Of a DNA stretch of 64,000 bases, positions 12,264-24,874 are shown piece by piece. Within the stretch, counting starts at the first letter, position 1. Every line of letters starts with the position of its first letter. The notes beneath the pieces were generated by a model. That model was not told where the DNA came from and searched no databases. It was given only the letters and a program-made list of their open reading frames with translations. Both the position numbers and the translations under genes were made by a program. This DNA comes from Chiloscyllium plagiosum (taxonomy: Eukaryota): positions 27,005,323-27,069,322 of the forward strand of contig NC_057719.1 of NCBI RefSeq assembly GCF_004010195.1, given 5' to 3'.

Positions 12264-13623
12264 TTAAATTACTGCATCTGCTTTTTATTCACTGGTGTTA
12301 AGCAATCTGCAGAGTACACAGTTTTTGAATTGCCAAATCTCAGCCACACAAAAGGAAAAAGCTTGCTTCAGGTAAATGTTTCTTTCTAAATATGTCAAGA
12401 CAGACAGTTCTGGACAAGAGAGAGTCTTTTTTTGGTGTTGTTGAATAATAGCAAGATCATCATGGTGTCAAGCACGAATTTGCAGATTCTGTGTTCCGAG
12501 TCCTCAAAGAGCTGATGAGATGAAGAAGTTTGTGCAAAAATACAAAGATATTCCTTCATTGTATGTAAAAGAAAGTCAGTACAGATATAGTTTGTTTGGC
12601 AAACTGTCTGGGAAGAATTTTTTATACATAAAAATTGAAGAATGGGAATCTGAATGGGATTGTATTAATTCCACTTCAACCCTTGATAAAATGCTTGCCT
12701 ACTCTATGTATTTACTGTGGAGTTTTATGTGAACTGTCCATCCCAACCTCATAGGCCCGGAATCCCGCACTGCCCAGTTCTACCTCTTATCCAAAATCCA
12801 CAAACCCGACTGCCCCGGTCGACCTCTCATCTCCGCCTGCTCCAGCCCTACAGAACTTATCTCCTCACAACTCGATACCGTCCTGCCCTCCTTAGTCCAG
12901 GAACTCCCTACATACATTTGGGACACCACCCATACCCTCCACCTCCTCCAGGACTTTGATTTCCCTGCGCCCCAGCACCTCATCTTCACCATGGACATTC
13001 AGTCCCTATACACGTCCAAGTCCTCCATTTCTTCCTCTCTTGCCAACCCAACTGACGCACTCATTCAGCTGGCAGAATTGGCCCTCACCCTCAACAACCC
13101 TCAACAACTTCTCCTTTGAATCCTCCCACTTCCTTCAAAGGGGTAGCCATGGACACCCACATGGGCCCCAGCTATGCATGCCTCTTCATAGGATACATGG
13201 AACAGTTCATCTTCCGCAGCTGCACTGGCACCATTCCCCATCTTTTCCTCCATTACATTGATGACTGTATCGGCGCCACCTCGTGTCCCACGAGGAGGTT
13301 GAACAGTTCATCAACATCACTAACACTTTCCACCCTGACCTTAAGTTCACCTGGACCATCTTGGTGACTTCCCTCCCCTTCCTGGATCTCTCCGTCGCCA
13401 TCTCTGATGAGCGACTCAACATGGACATCTGTTTCAAATCCAATGGCTCCCACAGCTGCCTTGACTACCTCCTCCCACCCACCCCCCCACCACCTGTAAA
13501 AACACGATCACTTACAATTCCTCCGCCTCTGCCATAACTGCTCCTAGGAGGAGCAATTCCAGTCCAGAACATCCCAAATGGCCTCCTATTTCAAGGACCA
13601 CAATTTTCCCTCCCACATGGTAG

Positions 13624-14443
13624 AAGATGGTATTAGTAATAACATTAGCAAATTTGCTGATGATACTAAGCTGGGTGGCAGGGTGAAATGTGATGAGGAT
13701 GTTAGGAGATTACAGGGTGACCTGGACAGGTTAGGTGAGTGGTCAGATGCATGGCAGATGCAGTTTAATGTGGATAAATGTATGGTTATCCACTTTGGTG
13801 GCAAGAACAGGAAGGCAGATTACTACCTAAATGGAATCAATTTAGGTAAAGGGGCAGTACAGAGAGATCTGGGTGTTCTTGTACACCAGTCAATGAAGGT
13901 AAGCATGCAGCTACAGCAGGTAGTGAAGAAGGCTAATAGCATGCTGGCCTTCATAACAAGAGAGATTGAGTATAGAAGCAAAGAGGTTATTCTGCAGCTG
14001 TACAGCGCCCTGGTGAGACCACACCTGGAGTACTGTGTGCAGTTCTGGTCTCCAAATTTGACGAGAGACATTCTGGCTATTGAGGGAGTGCAGCGTAGGT
14101 TCACAAGGTCAATTCCTGGAATGGCGGGGCTACCTTACACTGAAAGACTGGAGCNNNNNNNNNNNNNNNNNNNNNNNNNNNNNNNNNNNNNNNNNNNNNN
14201 NNNNNNNNNNNNNNNNNNNNNNNNNNNNNNNTGCTCTGTCCCAGAGGGCAGTGGAGGCCCAGTCTCTGGGTTCATTTAAGAAAGAGTTGGGTAGAGCTCT
14301 CAAGGATTGTGGAATCAAGGGTTATGGAGATAAGGCAGGAACAGGATACTGATTAAGGATGATCAGCCATGATCATATTGAATGGTGGTGCAGGCTCGAA
14401 GGGCAGAATGGCCTACTCCTGCACCTATTGTCTATTGTCTATT
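13624..14443 (+). mobile_element. 5'-truncated CR1 LINE (different subfamily) nested in the PLE
   Basis: ORF 13578-14279 switches to [11 protein letters not shown]...RPHLEYCVQFWSP; tail (ctattgt)n; PLE sequence resumes at 14444. Confidence 0.92.
14155..14231. other. Assembly gap
   Basis: Run of N. Confidence 1.
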
Positions 14444-16532
14444 GGTTAGCGATGCCCTCCAGTGCATCTCCTCCACTTCCTGCACCTCCACCCTTAACCC
14501 CACCCCTCCAACCACAATTAAAACCCCCCCCCGGTCATCACATTCCACCCCACTAATCTCCGAATACAGCGCATTATGCTCCACCATATCTGCCACTTAT
14601 GATCAGACCCCACCACCAGAGATATATTTCCCTCCACACCCCTATCTGCATTCTGCAGAGACCATTCCCTCCGTGACTCCCTCATTAGGTCCGTGCCTTC
14701 CACCAACCCACCCTTTACTCCCAACACCTTCCCTTGCCGCCACAAAAGATCTAAAACCTGCATCCACACCTTGCCCCTCACCTCTGTCCAAGGCCCAGAG
14801 AATCTTTTCACATCCAGTAGAGGTTTTCCTGCACATCCACTCACCTCATTTACTGTGTCTGTTGCTCTCGATGTGGTCTCCTCTGCACTGGGGAGACAAG
14901 ACGCCAACTTGCAAAACATTTCAGGGAATGACTCTGGGATACATGCACCAAACAACTCCACTGTCCTGTGGCCAATCAATTCAACTCCCCCTCCGACTCC
15001 CCCAAGGACATGCAAGCCCTGGGCCTCCTCTACCGTCAAATCCAAGCCATTCAACACCTGGAGGAAGAGCGCCTCTTCTTCTGTCTTGGGACCCTCCAAC
15101 CACACGGCATTAGTTACCTCATCTCGCGCCCCCCCCCCCCCATCTAATCCCAGATCCAACCGTCCAACTCCGAACCGCTCTCTTGAACTGTTCTACCTGT
15201 CCATCTTCCTTCCCAACTATTTGTTCCACCCTCCTCTCCGACCTATCACTATTGCCCACCCCACCTGCATCTACCTATCTGCAGTCTCCACCACCCCATC
15301 CCTATCCTCCCCACCACCACCCAAAACTAGCCCACACTGGTAAAGTTATTTGACTTCTGCATGGTGCAGGCATTTCCCAGCAATAGATAAAATCAGGCAG
15401 TGACAGATGAGACCCATAAGTGACCATTAACTGACCTCCCATAAAATTTCAGATAGACTGGGTTGGGTCGGGTAGGTGGTGGGAAGGCCCCTCATTGGAT
15501 TTCAGGCACTTCCCACCTTCATACTCTTGGGCATTGACATAGCACCACTGTAAGGTTACCTGTTTGCCAGAATCTCAGGAAGCCAGATCACCTTGTCTGT
15601 GATTTGGCATGGCAGTCCCACTTAGACATATTTGAACACCAGCAGAATTGATCATGCACAGATTTATGAATTGTCAGGTTGGTATCACCCAATCTAAACC
15701 CCTGGATAACTTTGTGGTGTGGAAGATCTTATTTTAGCATCATTCCATTTATGCTCTTTCATACCTCTTCCTTTATGGCTTTGTGGGACATGAATATTCT
15801 TAAATTAGGTGAAACTCATTTTATTTCACTCTCAATTAATTTCCACCTGTTTCTTGTAATGGCTTCTCTGTCCTTATTTGTGACAGTGTGCCTGGTAGAG
15901 CATGTGACTTGCTGGGAGTTGGATGCAGTTGCAGTAAGAGAGAGCTGAAGAAGCAAAGGGAATATGATGACACTTACCCTGGCAGAGTTGAGATCTTGTG
16001 GAATTGCCGGGGGTTTCTCCAGCCACTTGAGGGCTTTGGATCGGTCTAGCTGGATCTGATGTTGAGCCCCATTTGCGGGAACTCGGGAGAGGACATCTCT
16101 CCTGTGTAGCAATCCATCCACCAGGACCTTTAGCCCCTTGTCTGCAAACTAGAGCATCAGGTTTCCCTTATTTGCCTCTTCTCGACAAATATCACAAATC
16201 ATGCAGGGCAGCTATGGACTGCCAGCACTTGATTGGAAGCACAATGGCCTTTTAAGATTCAGCCCAATGTCATTTATATATGTGTCACTGGTGACATATA
16301 ATAAACTATATCTTGTTAATGACAAGGAAGTCTTGTTGTTAACCCCGAAGTGGACTTGCTGTACCACACTCGATCAGACGGGCTTGGTAGTGTACTGCAC
16401 TGAGTGAGGATGGTGGCAGTAACCCTCCATGCACAGCGGTGCAGCGAGTTGGCATGTCCATAACAACATAAATCAGCAATTTGAAAAAGCAGCCATCATC
16501 CAACAGTTTTTAAACAATAATTAAAGCTGAAG

Positions 16533-16742
16533 TAAAAACACAAATAAATGTTGGAACTACTTAACAGGTTTGGCAGCATCTGTGGAGAGAGACAGAGAGA
16601 GATAACATTTCAAGGAATGACCCTCTTCTAGTTTTGACAAGCATCATCAACCTAAAAGGTTAACTCTATTTCTGTATCTACAAGTGCTGCAAAATGTACT
16701 GAGTACTTCCAGCATTTTCTGTTCTTATTTCTGATTTCCACT
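16533..16742. mobile_element. Old degraded family-C-like fold-back element
   Basis: Left arm ...tggcagcatctgtggagaga resembles 8127-8190; right arm gttaactct...tgctgc...ttccagcattttctgtt is its approximate reverse complement. Confidence 0.55.
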
Positions 16743-17411
16743 GTGCTTTGTTCTTGCCTCTCAAAGCTTCCCAGGTTATTACTCTTTGATTTTTGTTCGA
16801 ATGACAGTCATTATGTTGTGACATTAATTCAGTTACTAGTTACTAAAAATAGCTTGTGGAATGTATGTTGCTTGCAAATGAAAATGGTAGAGCTCCTTAA
16901 AAGAGCAAAAACATTAAATGGCACACTGTCTGAATGTATTTTTTTTAATATTAACACATGACACTTCAATTTTGTTCATTGCCTTTGAAAATCAAATAAA
17001 TCCGACAGGATAGAAAATAAATTTAAAAACCTTTGGAATAAAGTAATTCATTGCTATGGTGATATGTTTGCTGAGGTAACTGAACATTAGGTCCCTTTAT
17101 ATCATGGATTATGAGTGTATGAACTTAGCACTTAATTTTTTTTTAAATTAATGAACATCTTTAATAAAATAGCAGAGTGAGGATGTTAGGATATTTATCT
17201 TGAGTTGTAACTTCAGGTGCCAGCTAATTCAGCTGACATTTTCTGCTGGCCTTCACTGATGTGTTGTAATGGTTGAGGCTGAGCTTACTTAAGGGATATA
17301 TTCTGCTTTTTTTTGTGGTGGCTTTCTCTCGGAAGCTGAAGAGACCATCTAAAAATAATGTTCCTGGTCTCAGTGTGATACCAAGGCTCAGCTGCCAGGC
17401 AACGTGTCTAT

Positions 17412-18168
17412 GTCATAGAGTCATACAACACGAAAACAGACCCTTCAGTCCAACTCGTCAATGTCGTCCAGATCCCATTTTATAGCATTTGTTCCATATC
17501 CCTCTAAACCCTTCCTCTTGATATAGCCATAAAAGTGCCTTTTAAATGCTGTAATAATACCTTCCTAAACAACCATAAATGCACCACCCTCTGTGTGAAA
17601 ATGTTACCTCTCGGATTCTTTTTAAATCTTCTCCTCTCAGAGTAAACCTATGCCCTTTAGTTTTGGACTCTCCCACCCTAAGAAAAAGAACCTGGCTACT
17701 TACCCTATCCATGCCCCTCATGATTTTATAAACATCTATAAGGTCACCCCTCAGCCTCTGACGCTCCAGGGAAAATAGCCCCAGCCTATTCAGCTTCTCC
17801 CTATAGCTCAAGCCCTCTAACCCTGGCAACATCCTTATAAATCCTTTCTGAACCCTTTCAAGTTTCACAACATCCTTTCTATAGCAGGCAGACGAGAGCT
17901 GTACGCAGTATTCTAAAAGTGGACTCACCGATGTCCTGTACAACCGCAAAATGATATTCCAACTCCTATACTTAGTGTTCTGACCAATAAAGGCAAGCCT
18001 GCCAAACGCCTTCTTCACCATCTTTTCTACACACATTCCCCTCAGCCCTAATGTTAACTGTATAGGTCCTGCCCTGATTTGCTGTGCCTAAATGCAACAC
18101 CTCACATTTATTGAAATTGAGCTTGATCTGCCAGCCCTCAGCCCATTGGTCCATCTGATCAAGGTCCC
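17412..18168 (-). mobile_element. 5'-truncated HER1/CR1 LINE
   Basis: ORFs 17542-18036 and 17972-18154 (CR1 RT C-terminus); antisense tail gtcatagagtcat. Confidence 0.9.
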
Positions 18169-18219
18169 ATCCTTCTGAAATATTCTCACAATTTAAAATG
18201 CTTCCAACTTCTGCAAGGT

Positions 18220-18602
18220 AGAGTCACAGGTAGATAGGATAGAGAAGAAGGTGTTTGGTATACTTCCCTTTATTGGTCAGAGTATTGAGTATAGGAGTTG
18301 AGAGGTCATGTTGCGGCTGTACAGGACAATGGTTAGGCCACTGTTGGAATATTGAATGTAGTTCTGGTCTCCTTCCTATTGGAATGATGTTGTGAAACTT
18401 GAAAAGGTTCAGAAAAGCTTTACAAGGATGTTGCCAGGGTTGGAGGATATGAACTATAGGGAGATACTGAATTGGTTGGGGCTGTTTTCCCTGGAGCATC
18501 GGAGGCTGAGGGGTGATCTTATAGAGGTTTATAAAATCATGAGGGGCATGGATAGGATAAATAGACAAAGTCTTTTCCCTGGGGTGGGGGAGTCCAGAAC
18601 TC
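18220..18602 (+). mobile_element. CR1 ORF2 fragment in the opposite orientation
   Basis: ORF 18392-18667 (KLEKVQKSFTRMLPGLE...LGLFSLEHRRLRGDLIEVYKIM). Confidence 0.88.
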
Positions 18603-19485
18603 CCCTCAAACTCAGGATAAATTTTATCATTATGGTTTTGAGGGTTCCTTCATCCTCAGGTCCGTAATCAAGTCTGCATCATTACACATTACCAAATCCA
18701 AAATTGGACTCTACCACATGTTGCTCAAAATGCCATGTCATTGACATTCCACAAGTGCCTTTTCTTGGGATCCACTACCAACCTGATTTTCACATTTCAC
18801 TTGCATATTGAAGTCCCCCATGATTATTGCCTTCCTTACACACCTTTTCAATCTCCTGATTTATTTTCTTCCGCACATCCTGATTACTACTAGAACGCCT
18901 GTACACAACTCCCATCTTTTCTTGTTTGCAGTTTCTCAACTCAATCCTCACAGGTTTTACGTCTTCTGATTCGATTTTACTTCTTACTATCAATTTCATC
19001 TCATTTCTTATTAAGAAGACAACCCATCCTCTCTGTTCATCTGTGCCCTTTCGAAAGGACATGTGTCTTTGGATATTTATTTCCCAGCCCTGATTGCCTT
19101 GCAGCCACATGTCTGTGATGCGCACATCGTACCTGCCAATTTCAATCTGCGCCATAAGCTGTTTTATCTTCTTATGTACATTGCGTGTATTTAAGCAAAC
19201 TCCTTCAGCCTGCACTGACAGTTCTCATTGTTGTGCCCTTGTCTGCAATGCCTGAAGTTGGATTTGCTGACCCATTCCATACTCTCTGTCCAGTACTTGT
19301 TTTGCAAACTTTAATAATCTTTGCTGTCCCCTCCCCACTTAACATTTTGCAGAATTTTCCATGTAATTGAATATACCCTCCAATTATTTTGTTTAAAGCC
19401 CTAGTTATTACCAGATCCCTGGTCCCAGTGAGATTTAGATGGAGGCCATCCCATCGAAACAGTTCCTCCCGTCACCAATACACCA
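18603..19485 (-). mobile_element. CR1 fragment: ORF1 end and APE endonuclease N-terminus
   Basis: ORF 18790-19215 (CLNTRNV...ITDMWL...GVVYR). Confidence 0.8.
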
Positions 19486-19553
19486 ATCAGAGCTGAAAAT
19501 GTGTTGCTGGAAAAGCGCAGCAGGTCAGGCAGCATCCAAGGAACAGGAGAATC

Positions 19554-19581
19554 GACGTTTCGGGCATAAGCCCTTCTTCAG
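19554..19581 (-). ncRNA. Intact minimal type-I hammerhead ribozyme motif (family A)
   Basis: Minus strand CUGAAGA-A-GGGC(UUAU)GCCC-GAAA-CG-UC; palindromic ACGU helix III. Confidence 0.8.
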
Positions 19582-19646
19582 GAATGAAGAAAGTGTGTCC
19601 AGCAGGCTAAGATAAAAGGTAGGGAGGAGGGACTTGGGGGAGGAGC

Positions 19647-20205
19647 NNNNNNNNNNNNNNNNNNNNNNNNNNNNNNNNNNNNNNNNNNNNNNNNNNNNNN
19701 NNNNNNNNNNNNNNNNNNNNNNNNNNNNNNNNNNNNNNNNNNNNNNNNNNNNNNNNNNNNNNNNNNNNNNNNNNNNNNNNNNNNNNNNNNNNNNNNNNNN
19801 NNNNNNNNNNNNNNNNNNNNNNNNNNNNNNNNNNNNNNNNNNNNNNNNNNNNNNNNNNNNNNNNNNNNNNNNNNNNNNNNNNNNNNNNNNNNNNNNNNNN
19901 NNNNNNNNNNNNNNNNNNNNNNNNNNNNNNNNNNNNNNNNNNNNNNNNNNNNNNNNNNNNNNNNNNNNNNNNNNNNNNNNNNNNNNNNNNNNNNNNNNNN
20001 NNNNNNNNNNNNNNNNNNNNNNNNNNNNNNNNNNNNNNNNNNNNNNNNNNNNNNNNNNNNNNNNNNNNNNNNNNNNNNNNNNNNNNNNNNNNNNNNNNNN
20101 NNNNNNNNNNNNNNNNNNNNNNNNNNNNNNNNNNNNNNNNNNNNNNNNNNNNNNNNNNNNNNNNNNNNNNNNNNNNNNNNNNNNNNNNNNNNNNNNNNNN
20201 NNNNN
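19647..20205. other. Assembly gap
   Basis: Run of N (right edge approximate). Confidence 1.
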
Positions 20206-20689
20206 ACCCAACCTCCACTCCCGGCACCTTCCCCTGCCACCGCAAGAAATGCAAAACTTGCGCCCACACCTCCCCCCTTACTTCCCTCCAAGGCCCCAAG
20301 GGATACTTCCATATCCGTCACAAATTCACCTGCACCTCCACACATATCATTTATTGCATCCGCTGCACCCGATGTGGCCTCCTCTATATTGGGGAGACAG
20401 GCCGCCTACTTGCGGAACGTTTCAGAGAACACCTCTGGGACACCCGGACCAACCAACCCAACCACCCCGTAGCCCAACACTTTAACTCCCCCTCCCACTC
20501 CACCAAGGACATGCAGGTCCTTGGACTCCTCCATCGCCATACCATGGCAACACGACGGTTGGAGGAACAGCGCCTCATCTTCCGCCTGGGAACCCTCCAA
20601 CCACAAGGGATGAACTCAGATTTCTCCAGTTTCCTCATTTCCCCTCCCCCCACCTTCCTTGGTAAAAATACATACAAAATATTAATTTA

Positions 20690-21500
20690 ATTCTTCAGCT
20701 ACGTCCTCTGCCTCCACGAGGAAATTCACTTTTCATACTCCCTCTTTGCTTACCTTTGCTTTTTCTCACCCACTCAACATTCAGCCAGGTTTACAATTTT
20801 CTATCTGACATCTAGCATAAGCACACCTTTTATATTTTACCATAATTTCTTCTAATTCTCTTTCGTCATCCAGGATGCTCTAGATTTATTTGCCTCTTTT
20901 GAGTGAATATATCTAGACTCTGCCTGAGTCATCTATACTTTGAAGGTAACCCATTGTTGGCCTACTGTTTTTCTTTTGAGTTTTTGATTCTAATTTATTT
21001 GACCCCAATCCATTCTAACCCTCTTGAAGATGACTTTCTCCTAATTGTTCTTGCTCTGAATTGTTGATTATTCCATTTCCAAAGTTATCCAAAAACTAAA
21101 CCTAAACACTACATACAATGACCATTAGTCCCTAAATGTTCTTCCGTTGATGTTTGATCTATTTTCCCCATCACATTCTCAACAACCAGGTCTAGTAGTG
21201 CTGCATTTCCTGTTTGAATAGATGCATACTGCATACTGCGTTAAACAGTTCTCCTGAAAGCATTCTTGAAGGTCTTCTATCCTTAACAACTCTGCTATAC
21301 TAATTTATTTTTTGACAAGAAAATCAAATGACATTGCAACTACTCTATAATTTTTATACTTCGCTATAATTTTCTTGCAAAATTGTCCCTGTACCTTCTT
21401 CTCATTATTTAGTGGTCTATAAACGGCACTGAGCAATGTATTGGACCATTTTTGTTCCTTCCCTCTTGCCATGTCCTTGCAACATCTTCTTTCTCCAGCA
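20690..21500 (-). mobile_element. Heavily degraded CR1-like endonuclease-region fragment
   Basis: Antisense pattern like other CR1 pieces here (atgaccattagtccctaaatgttc, ccaggtctagtagtgc); no intact ORF. Confidence 0.5.
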
Positions 21501-21569
21501 CCTGACAGAAGCTCATTAAGGTTTTACAAGGGATTCTCCTAAAAACTACTTCATAATGACAACCTCAAG

Positions 21570-22180
21570 ACTAATGGAATGGTGGCCCTTATTTCAATGG
21601 GCTTGAAGTATAACGGTAACAAAATTCTTACTGCGACTCTATAAGGAGTACTGTGAGCAATTTTGGTCCCTTTATTGAATAAATGATATCATTTCATTGG
21701 AGACAGTTCAGAGAAGTTAGGATGGATTGTCTTATGAGCAAAGACTCTACTCATTGGAATTTAGAAGAACAAGAGTTGATCTTATTGAGGCATAAAGGGT
21801 TCTTAATTGGCTTGACAGGGTAAATGCTGAGAGGATATTTCCCCTCATGGAAGAGTCTAGGACCAGAGGGCATAGACTCAGAATTAAATAGCGCAAATTT
21901 AAGACTGAGATGAGGAGGGATTTTTTAGAGTCATAGTCATGAAGTCATACAGCATGGAGTCAGACCCTTCAGTCCAACTAATGCATACTTCTCTGAGGGT
22001 TGTGAGTCTCTGGAAATCCTTGCCACAAAGTGCTGTGGGGCAGAGTCCTTGTGTATATTTAAGGCTGAGCTAGATTCTTGATCAGTTGGGGAATCAAGTG
22101 TTACAGGGAAAGGGCAGAAGAGTGGATATAAGGAATGTCGATCAACCTATGTCCCCTTGAATGGCTGAGCTGGCTTGAGG
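21570..22180 (+). mobile_element. Old CR1 3' fragment containing a short antisense HER1 tail (~21926-21988)
   Basis: ctctactcattggaatttagaagaacaagagttgatctt and gagtctaggaccagagggcatag are CR1 3' ORF2 motifs; inner tagagtcatagtcat...cagacccttcagtccaac. Confidence 0.75.
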
Positions 22181-23853
22181 ATGGAAGTTTTTCAGACACA
22201 TGAAGGTCTGTGGGTTTTCTATAGCAACAGTCAAAATATGACAACTGGAGTACGTTCTCTGTAGTAAGAGGCATTTTTGATATGGTACAGGTCATTTTCC
22301 CATGTCAGTTTGCTGTGTTGTCTTGCATCTCCATTTTATAATCCAGATTTTTAAACCAAAAAGATAAGGTGGTGAAGAATAAGTATACACAATTTCGCAT
22401 GGGTGGCCTTATTGCTAAATTCTTCTTGCATGAAGATTGGAACATAACTTTTAAGACAATGTAATTTCTTACTTCCCTGTTGCTTTGCTACTGAATGCAC
22501 ACTGTCACAGTTGACAGAATTTCCTCTGGGCATATAATAATGGGCTATCATTGGTGATAAATCTGTAGGTTTACTGCAAGAGACACAAAAGATGGTATTC
22601 ACCAGATGAGAATAATCAACTGAATGTCTGATGGTATTGAAATAGTTCTTTAGGACAGAGATATGACCATTGACACTGTTAACGCTTAGAAAAGTGGTGT
22701 GGCTAAATAAGGATCAGTTGACACAAAGAAATTGGTGTTATTTATCTTCTTTTCCAAGTGCTTGAGCTCTCACAGTTGCATTCAATAGTGCTCCATCATG
22801 GCTGAGAGAAGTTTCCTTCTAAGCTAAGGAAAGTCATTAGGTAGACTTGTCTTGCTATTGATAGGCTCCACTATTGATTGTGATTGGGAACAATTGCTTA
22901 AGTGTCAGCAATGCAAGTAGCCTACCCATCAACTATATGGGAAAAGTGATAACTAAAATAATAGCAATGCTAAAAGACAGTTTAAATCAGTGTGGTCTTG
23001 TGTAATCTGAGAAAGCAAGCATAAATAAATAAATAGCGAGTTTTTAACCTATAATTTAGAATGCTCCCTTGACTGATAATACTAATATGAGAGTACGCCC
23101 ACTCAAGGATAAAGGAGGGAAGTTATGTGTGGAACCAGAGCAAATGGGTAAGATCCTAAATGAGTACTTTACATCAGTATTCACCAAAGAGAGGGACGTG
23201 AGGGATGTTGAGTTTAGGGAAAGGTGTGTAAATATTCTTGGGCAGGTCAGTATAATGATGCAGGAAATGTTGGGTATTTTGAAATGTATTAAGATAGATA
23301 AGTCCCCAGGGCTAGATGGGATCTATCCCAGGATACTGTGGAAAACAAGGAAGGAAATAGCTCCGACCTGAATAGGTATCTTCACATTCACTTTGGTCTC
23401 GGGTGAGGTTCCAGAGGATTGAAGAATGACCAAAGTTGCTCCTTTGTTTAAGAAGGGAAGCAAGAGATAAATCAGGTAATTACAGACTGGTGAATGTGAC
23501 GTCGGTGATGGGGAAGCATTTGGAGAAGCTGCTGAGAGACAGGATTTATTCACATTTGGAAGCAAATAGATTTGTTAGTGATAGGCAGAATAGATTTGTG
23601 CTGGGAAGGTCATGTCTTACCAATTTGAGTTTTTTGTGGAGATGACCAGAATAATTAATGAGGGAAGGGCAATGGATGTTGTCTGCATGGACTTTAGTTA
23701 AGCATTTGGGAAGGTACCTCATGACAGGCTGGTTCAAAAGGTAAAGATTTGGGGAGCTGGCTTGATGGATACAAAACTGACTTGGTCATAGAAGCAGAGA
23801 GGAACAGTGGAAGGGTGCTTTTCGGAATGGAGATCAGTGAATAGTGGTGTTCC

Positions 23854-24161
23854 CCGTGGCTCAACACTTCAACTCCCCCTCCCACTCCACCAAGGACATG
23901 CAGGTCCTTGGACTCCCCCACCCCCACTCCGGCCTATCACCCTCACCTTAACCTCCTTCCACCTATCGCATTTCCAACGCCCCTCCCCCAACTCCCTCCT
24001 CCCTACCTTTTATCTTAGCCCGCTTGGCACACTTTCCTCATTCCTGAAGAAGGGCTCATGCCCAAAATGTCGGTTCTCCTGTTCCTTGGATGCTGCCTGA
24101 CCTTTTCCAGCAACACATTTTCAGCTCTGATCTCCAGCATCAGTAGTCCTCACTTTCTCCT
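23854..24161 (+). mobile_element. Mini PLE insertion, family A, with perfect 14-bp TSD
   Basis: aatagtggtgttcc at 23840-23853 and 24162-24175; starts in GIY-YIG coding DNA, ends in the terminal repeat; decayed hammerhead 24044-24071. Confidence 0.9.
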
Positions 24162-24874
24162 AATAGTGGTGTTCCTAAGGGACCTTTGTGGTTTGTAATA
24201 TATAAATGATCTAAATGAAAAAATCAGTGGTCGGATTTGTAAGTTTGTGGATGACACCAAAACCGGTGGAGTTGTAGATAGTGGGAAAGATTGTCAAGAA
24301 TACTGTGGTATATCGCTAGATCACAGATTTGGGCAGAGAAACAGCAGATAAAGTTTAAGCTGGACAAATGCGAGGTGATGCATTTTGGAAAATCAAGTTC
24401 AGGTACGAATTACACAATAAATGGCAGAACCCTGAGAAACACTGGCATACAGAGGGATCTGGGCATGCAGATTCAGATCGCTGAAAGTGGCAACACAGGT
24501 GGATAAAGTGGTCAAGAAGTTATATAGCACGCTTGCCTTCATCGGCTGGGGCATTGAATATAAAAGTTGACTTGTGTAAAAGTTTAGTTTGGCCACATTT
24601 GGAATATTACATGGTGTTCTACCAGAAGGACATGGATGCTTTGGAGAGGGTGCAGAGAAAGTTTATCAGGATGTTGCCTGGTCTGGAGAGTTTTAGGAAT
24701 GAGGAGAGGTTGGATAAACTTGGATTGTTTTCACTGGAAAGACAGAAGCTGAGGGGTGATCTGATAAAGGTCTATAAAATTGAGAGGCATAGATAGGGTG
24801 GATAGTCAGAGGATTTTTCCCAGGATGGAAAGGTCAACTCTCAGAGGGCAAGATTCAAGGTGAGAGGGGGGAAA

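Larger units (their letters stand above)
12740..15322 (+). mobile_element. Decayed Penelope-like element (RT + GIY-YIG), family A, split by a CR1
   Basis: Frames give FYLLSKIHKPDCPGRPLIS, FTMDIQSLYTS, GVAMDTHMGPSYA and HYIDD (PLE RT motifs); after the insertion PCRHKRSKTC linker and endonuclease DNA homologous to 20217-20650. Confidence 0.88.
19486..20657. mobile_element. Young Penelope-like element (Neptune-type) with inverted terminal repeat, spanning a gap
   Basis: Left: antisense terminal repeat with intact hammerhead. Right: open + frame from 20217, TPGTFPCHRKKCKTC...HIIYCIRCTRCGLLYIGETGRLLAERFREH...VAQHF...EEQRLIFRLGTLQPQGMN (Cys linker + GIY-YIG). Confidence 0.92.

Noticed and set aside
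14382..15343. Overlapping 213-243-aa Pro/Thr-rich ORFs
   Set aside because: Shifted or antisense frames of the C-rich decayed PLE.
19525..20485. Long ORFs of 228-283 aa
   Set aside because: They consist mostly of N-gap.
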